DNA of 64,000 nucleotides from Nitrospinaceae bacterium (GTDB lineage Bacteria; Nitrospinota; Nitrospinia; Nitrospinales; Nitrospinaceae): NCBI GenBank assembly GCA_965223665.1, contig OZ245011.1, positions 1,568,001 to 1,632,000 of the forward strand, read 5' to 3'. Shown piece by piece: positions 61,163 to 64,000 of this stretch (position 1 is its first letter; each line of letters starts with the position of its first letter). The notes under the pieces were generated by a model. It saw only the letters and a program-made list of their open reading frames with translations, ran no database searches and was not told where the DNA came from. The position numbers and the translations under genes were made by a program.

Positions 61163-61494
61163 TGAAACCTGATTCGACTTATAGCCAAGACCCATTAAAA
61201 CTTACAAAACGGTTCGGGTGGGTTTTTGTGATCTCAAGTTTCGCAGGATTAGGTATGTGGTTTTATTTGTTAAACGATTCCAACTTTGACTCGTCTTTTT
61301 CAATATTCCTGGGCTATATGACCGCCTTTCACTTGATGATGGGCCTGGGTCTCTTATTACAAAAACTGTGGGGATATTATCTCTTTAATTTGTTTCTTTA
61401 TATATTAATTCTAGGTTTCCCCCTTGGAACTTACATTTCCTACAAAACCATCCAATTCATGAAAGCTCATAAACTGAAGAATTTTTTCAGATAA
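61162..61494 (+). CDS. Hypothetical membrane protein
   Basis: TAATG coupling; 3 TM helices; LGFPLGT motif. Confidence 0.65.
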   Translation: MKPDSTYSQDPLKLTKRFGWVFVISSFAGLGMWFYLLNDSNFDSSFSIFLGYMTAFHLMMGLGLLLQKLWGYYLFNLFLYILILGFPLGTYISYKTIQFMKAHKLKNFFR

Positions 61495-61503
61495 CTGATA
61501 ACT

Positions 61504-62397
61504 ATGAAACCATTATTGCTTTTAATATTCTTAACATTTTTCTTTGGATGCTCGCAATCGACTCCAGACAAAAAAATGATCAAGAAATTGTTAAGAATAA
61601 CAATCTGGTCAGGGACCTTTAGTGGAGATAAACATTACTGGATTGGCAAGGATAAAAACAGCAAACTAGTGTCTCAAAGAATTAATGAAAATTTAAAATA
61701 TGACAATTATAAGGATCATTTTAAAAATATCGAAGAACACTTCTCCGAAGAAGTTTTAGACAAAATCAGGAAAAAGCTGGCAATTGCCTACCCAATTTGT
61801 TTAAAAAAAGCTACTTTCAATAACAAACATTTATATCGTTTAGATCCAAAAAGAAGTATTTTTGGTTATGTGAAAGAAAACATACTTTTTTCACCGGATA
61901 AAAAGTATGCCCTTGTTAAGTCTCAATTTGGAGGACTATTTCTATTAAACGTATCTTCTCTAGACTTTGATAATGTATGCCTCCTAACAGGTTTGTCTAC
62001 CGCTTGGAACAAAAATAACGTATTTGCGATATCTTATAACCAAACTGCTCTTAATGAAGAGCCTTACATACTAATTTATGATGTGAAGAATAAGAAAAAA
62101 CGAATCTTAGAATATCCTGGAATACGAATTGAAGATATTTCTTGGCTAATTAATTCACAAACATTAGCTATAACTTCTTCTGAGTCATTGGGAAATAACC
62201 CTCTTTTATTTTTGGGAGCGATGATTCACACTGACTTTACCTATAATGATTTTAATATCGACTTTTATGACTACAAAACCCGAAGAAACCAATCACTATT
62301 AATAGAGAAAGGGTTGTTTGGTGGATATTCGGTAATATCGGGATTTCCACCTAGTAAAGAAAAAGTTCACAATCCGCGGGAAGCTTCTGATGCCTAA
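61504..62397 (+). CDS. Hypothetical lipoprotein with beta-propeller-like segments
   Basis: Lipobox FFGC; FSPDKKY and ISW blade-like motifs. Confidence 0.65.
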   Translation: MKPLLLLIFLTFFFGCSQSTPDKKMIKKLLRITIWSGTFSGDKHYWIGKDKNSKLVSQRINENLKYDNYKDHFKNIEEHFSEEVLDKIRKKLAIAYPICLKKATFNNKHLYRLDPKRSIFGYVKENILFSPDKKYALVKSQFGGLFLLNVSSLDFDNVCLLTGLSTAWNKNNVFAISYNQTALNEEPYILIYDVKNKKKRILEYPGIRIEDISWLINSQTLAITSSESLGNNPLLFLGAMIHTDFTYNDFNIDFYDYKTRRNQSLLIEKGLFGGYSVISGFPPSKEKVHNPREASDA

Positions 62398-62797
62398 ACA
62401 CCTAACCTTTTTACTCCTTATTCCCCTTTTACTTTGGGCTTGTGGGCAAAGTTTTGAAAGATCCGAGTTACTGGGAACCTACAAAAATAATCAAGCGGAC
62501 GAATTTATTATTGTCACGAATGATGGTAAATACATACATATCTTAAAAACCGAAAATAATACTTTTAAAGAAACAGGAACCTGGGAGTTGGAAATCTTTA
62601 ACGGCGAACCTATTATTGAATTTTATAACTTTGATCATGACTTCGAAGACACCATTGACTCCCGACAAAAAAGATCCAGTGTTTGGCCCGCTTTCGTGGA
62701 AAGATCTTTTTTCGGAAAGATTCGTTTACCCACAGATCCTGATTTTCCGAATCGTTACTTTGAGAAATTGGACAATGAAATTAAAAAAGGAAATTAA
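62390..62797 (+). CDS. Hypothetical lipoprotein
   Basis: Lipobox LWAC; LGTY..DGKY..ETGTW. Confidence 0.7.
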   Translation: MPKHLTFLLLIPLLLWACGQSFERSELLGTYKNNQADEFIIVTNDGKYIHILKTENNTFKETGTWELEIFNGEPIIEFYNFDHDFEDTIDSRQKRSSVWPAFVERSFFGKIRLPTDPDFPNRYFEKLDNEIKKGN

Positions 62798-62859
62798 CTA
62801 TGTTGGAACGATTCTTATTGCCCTCATTGCAGTTTTTGTCTTTCCACTTAAACTAACTC

Positions 62860-63324
62860 ATGATCCAGAAACTGTTAAAACCCTTTATTTATCCTTACGA
62901 AGTTTCGTTTTGGGTGGAGGGGTCGGCAGAAAATAATTTTGCGATTCTTAAAGAGTTCATCAAGTTCAATTCCTTTAAACTCATCAGCGAAAAAGAAGGG
63001 GAAATTCAGTTTTCAATCCGACCCTCCAAGATAAAATGTGGTCATTTATTAAAAACAATCTGCACCTTCACTCGTTATTCTCCCACTCGATGTAATATGT
63101 CATTTCACTTCACTATGTTTCGAAATTGGATGTTAGCGTATTTAAGTATTTTCTTTGTCTTAATATTAATAGGAGTATTTTTCAAAGGAAAATTGTGGGG
63201 ACTCTTACTCATTCCCGCAATGTATTTTGGTGTCAATTTCGCCAATTTTTGTGGCTCTATCCTCCGCCCCTGGATAAAGTTAAGAGCATTTTTTAAAGAA
63301 AAGTTATTTCAAGATCAATCTTAA
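62860..63324 (+). CDS. Hypothetical membrane protein
   Basis: 154 aa; two C-terminal TM helices. Confidence 0.55.
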   Translation: MIQKLLKPFIYPYEVSFWVEGSAENNFAILKEFIKFNSFKLISEKEGEIQFSIRPSKIKCGHLLKTICTFTRYSPTRCNMSFHFTMFRNWMLAYLSIFFVLILIGVFFKGKLWGLLLIPAMYFGVNFANFCGSILRPWIKLRAFFKEKLFQDQS

Positions 63325-63540
63325 ATTCTATGGGGAGTAAAAGAGTGCAAGTTTCTGACAAATAGTCTTTTACCAAAAAAGCATCGATGAAATTCATACT
63401 CTCGGCACACAACGCCTTAACGAAATTCATTTTAGATTCGCTTCTCAACCTTTCTCTTGTGTCTCTTACCGCATTCCCTGATACTGAAATCACAGGAGTA
63501 GTTTGGGACCGGATTTAGCAATTCAAATTAAAAGACGATT

Positions 63541-63912
63541 ATGTTCATTATTATCCAAATAATATTATTTTTAATATTCACTTTAGTCATGGTTTTATTT
63601 AAATTTGATGTAATCACCACATTTATATTCCAATTAAGACCAAATAATATTAAACACTATTTAAAAATTATCTTTACAAAACTATTTAAAATAGCGATTG
63701 TTTTTATTTTGATATTTTTATTTGATGAAACATTAGAATTTGAATTTGTTGATAGATGCATTGATAGAGGAGGTGGATATATAAAACAATATCCAGCAGC
63801 ATGTATTAATCCACGCCAACAGGCAACACTAAATAATCTAACAAGATTCGCCACCATGGGACTTTACTCGCTTTTAATTGTAATTATTTTGCATCGATTG
63901 GAGAAAAAATAA
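63541..63912 (+). CDS. Hypothetical membrane protein
   Basis: TM helices; DRCIDRGG motif; very AT-rich. Confidence 0.55.
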   Translation: MFIIIQIILFLIFTLVMVLFKFDVITTFIFQLRPNNIKHYLKIIFTKLFKIAIVFILIFLFDETLEFEFVDRCIDRGGGYIKQYPAACINPRQQATLNNLTRFATMGLYSLLIVIILHRLEKK

Positions 63913-64000
63913 TTCTAATGAATGAAACAATAACCAAATTATGTATTACAAAGGCCCATGAAATATTTATTATCGTATAAAGTTATTTATGTGCTCCTGA

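Noticed and set aside
56800-63950. Integron cassette array
   Set aside because: Many ORFs overlap or are under 40 bp apart, and I could not find repeated RYYYAAC...GTTRRRY attC palindromes or an integrase; not excluded without IntegronFinder

Overview
Bacterial chromosomal window of moderate GC, mostly accessory genes. The gene style suggests a Nitrospinota/deltaproteobacterium-like organism (inference only). In order: (1) the start of a Tat-exported molybdopterin oxidoreductase operon in ttrB-ttrC-ttrA-like order; (2) a divergent operon of three secreted proteins, led by a 1677-aa protein that fuses an alpha/beta-hydrolase, an anthrax-EF/ExoY-type nucleotidyl cyclase and a HipA/PI-kinase-like domain; (3) Fur-box-flanked small genes, an AraC/SnoaL/cytochrome b cluster, SelO, a circularly permuted acyl-carrier-like protein, parDE and a hybrid kinase; (4) two tandem secreted proteins built from 8 and 12 copies of a 24-aa unit with invariant core FE(E/D)DGSEHGMWN, divergent from a secreted HEXXH metallopeptidase (best candidate for an undescribed system); (5) a Sir2-HerA defence pair and DUF2130; (6) a TetR-controlled cluster with two visible operators; (7) two FG-GAP/DUF5011/DNRLRE paralogs, one broken by a TAT->TAA change; (8) a low-GC array of small orphan ORFs resembling immunity cassettes. 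Intergenic spaces carry a modular palindromic repeat family and MITE-like elements with GAGACCTTTGC ends. No rRNA, tRNA, CRISPR array or intact transposase was seen. All family calls come from motif recognition by eye; no searches were run.
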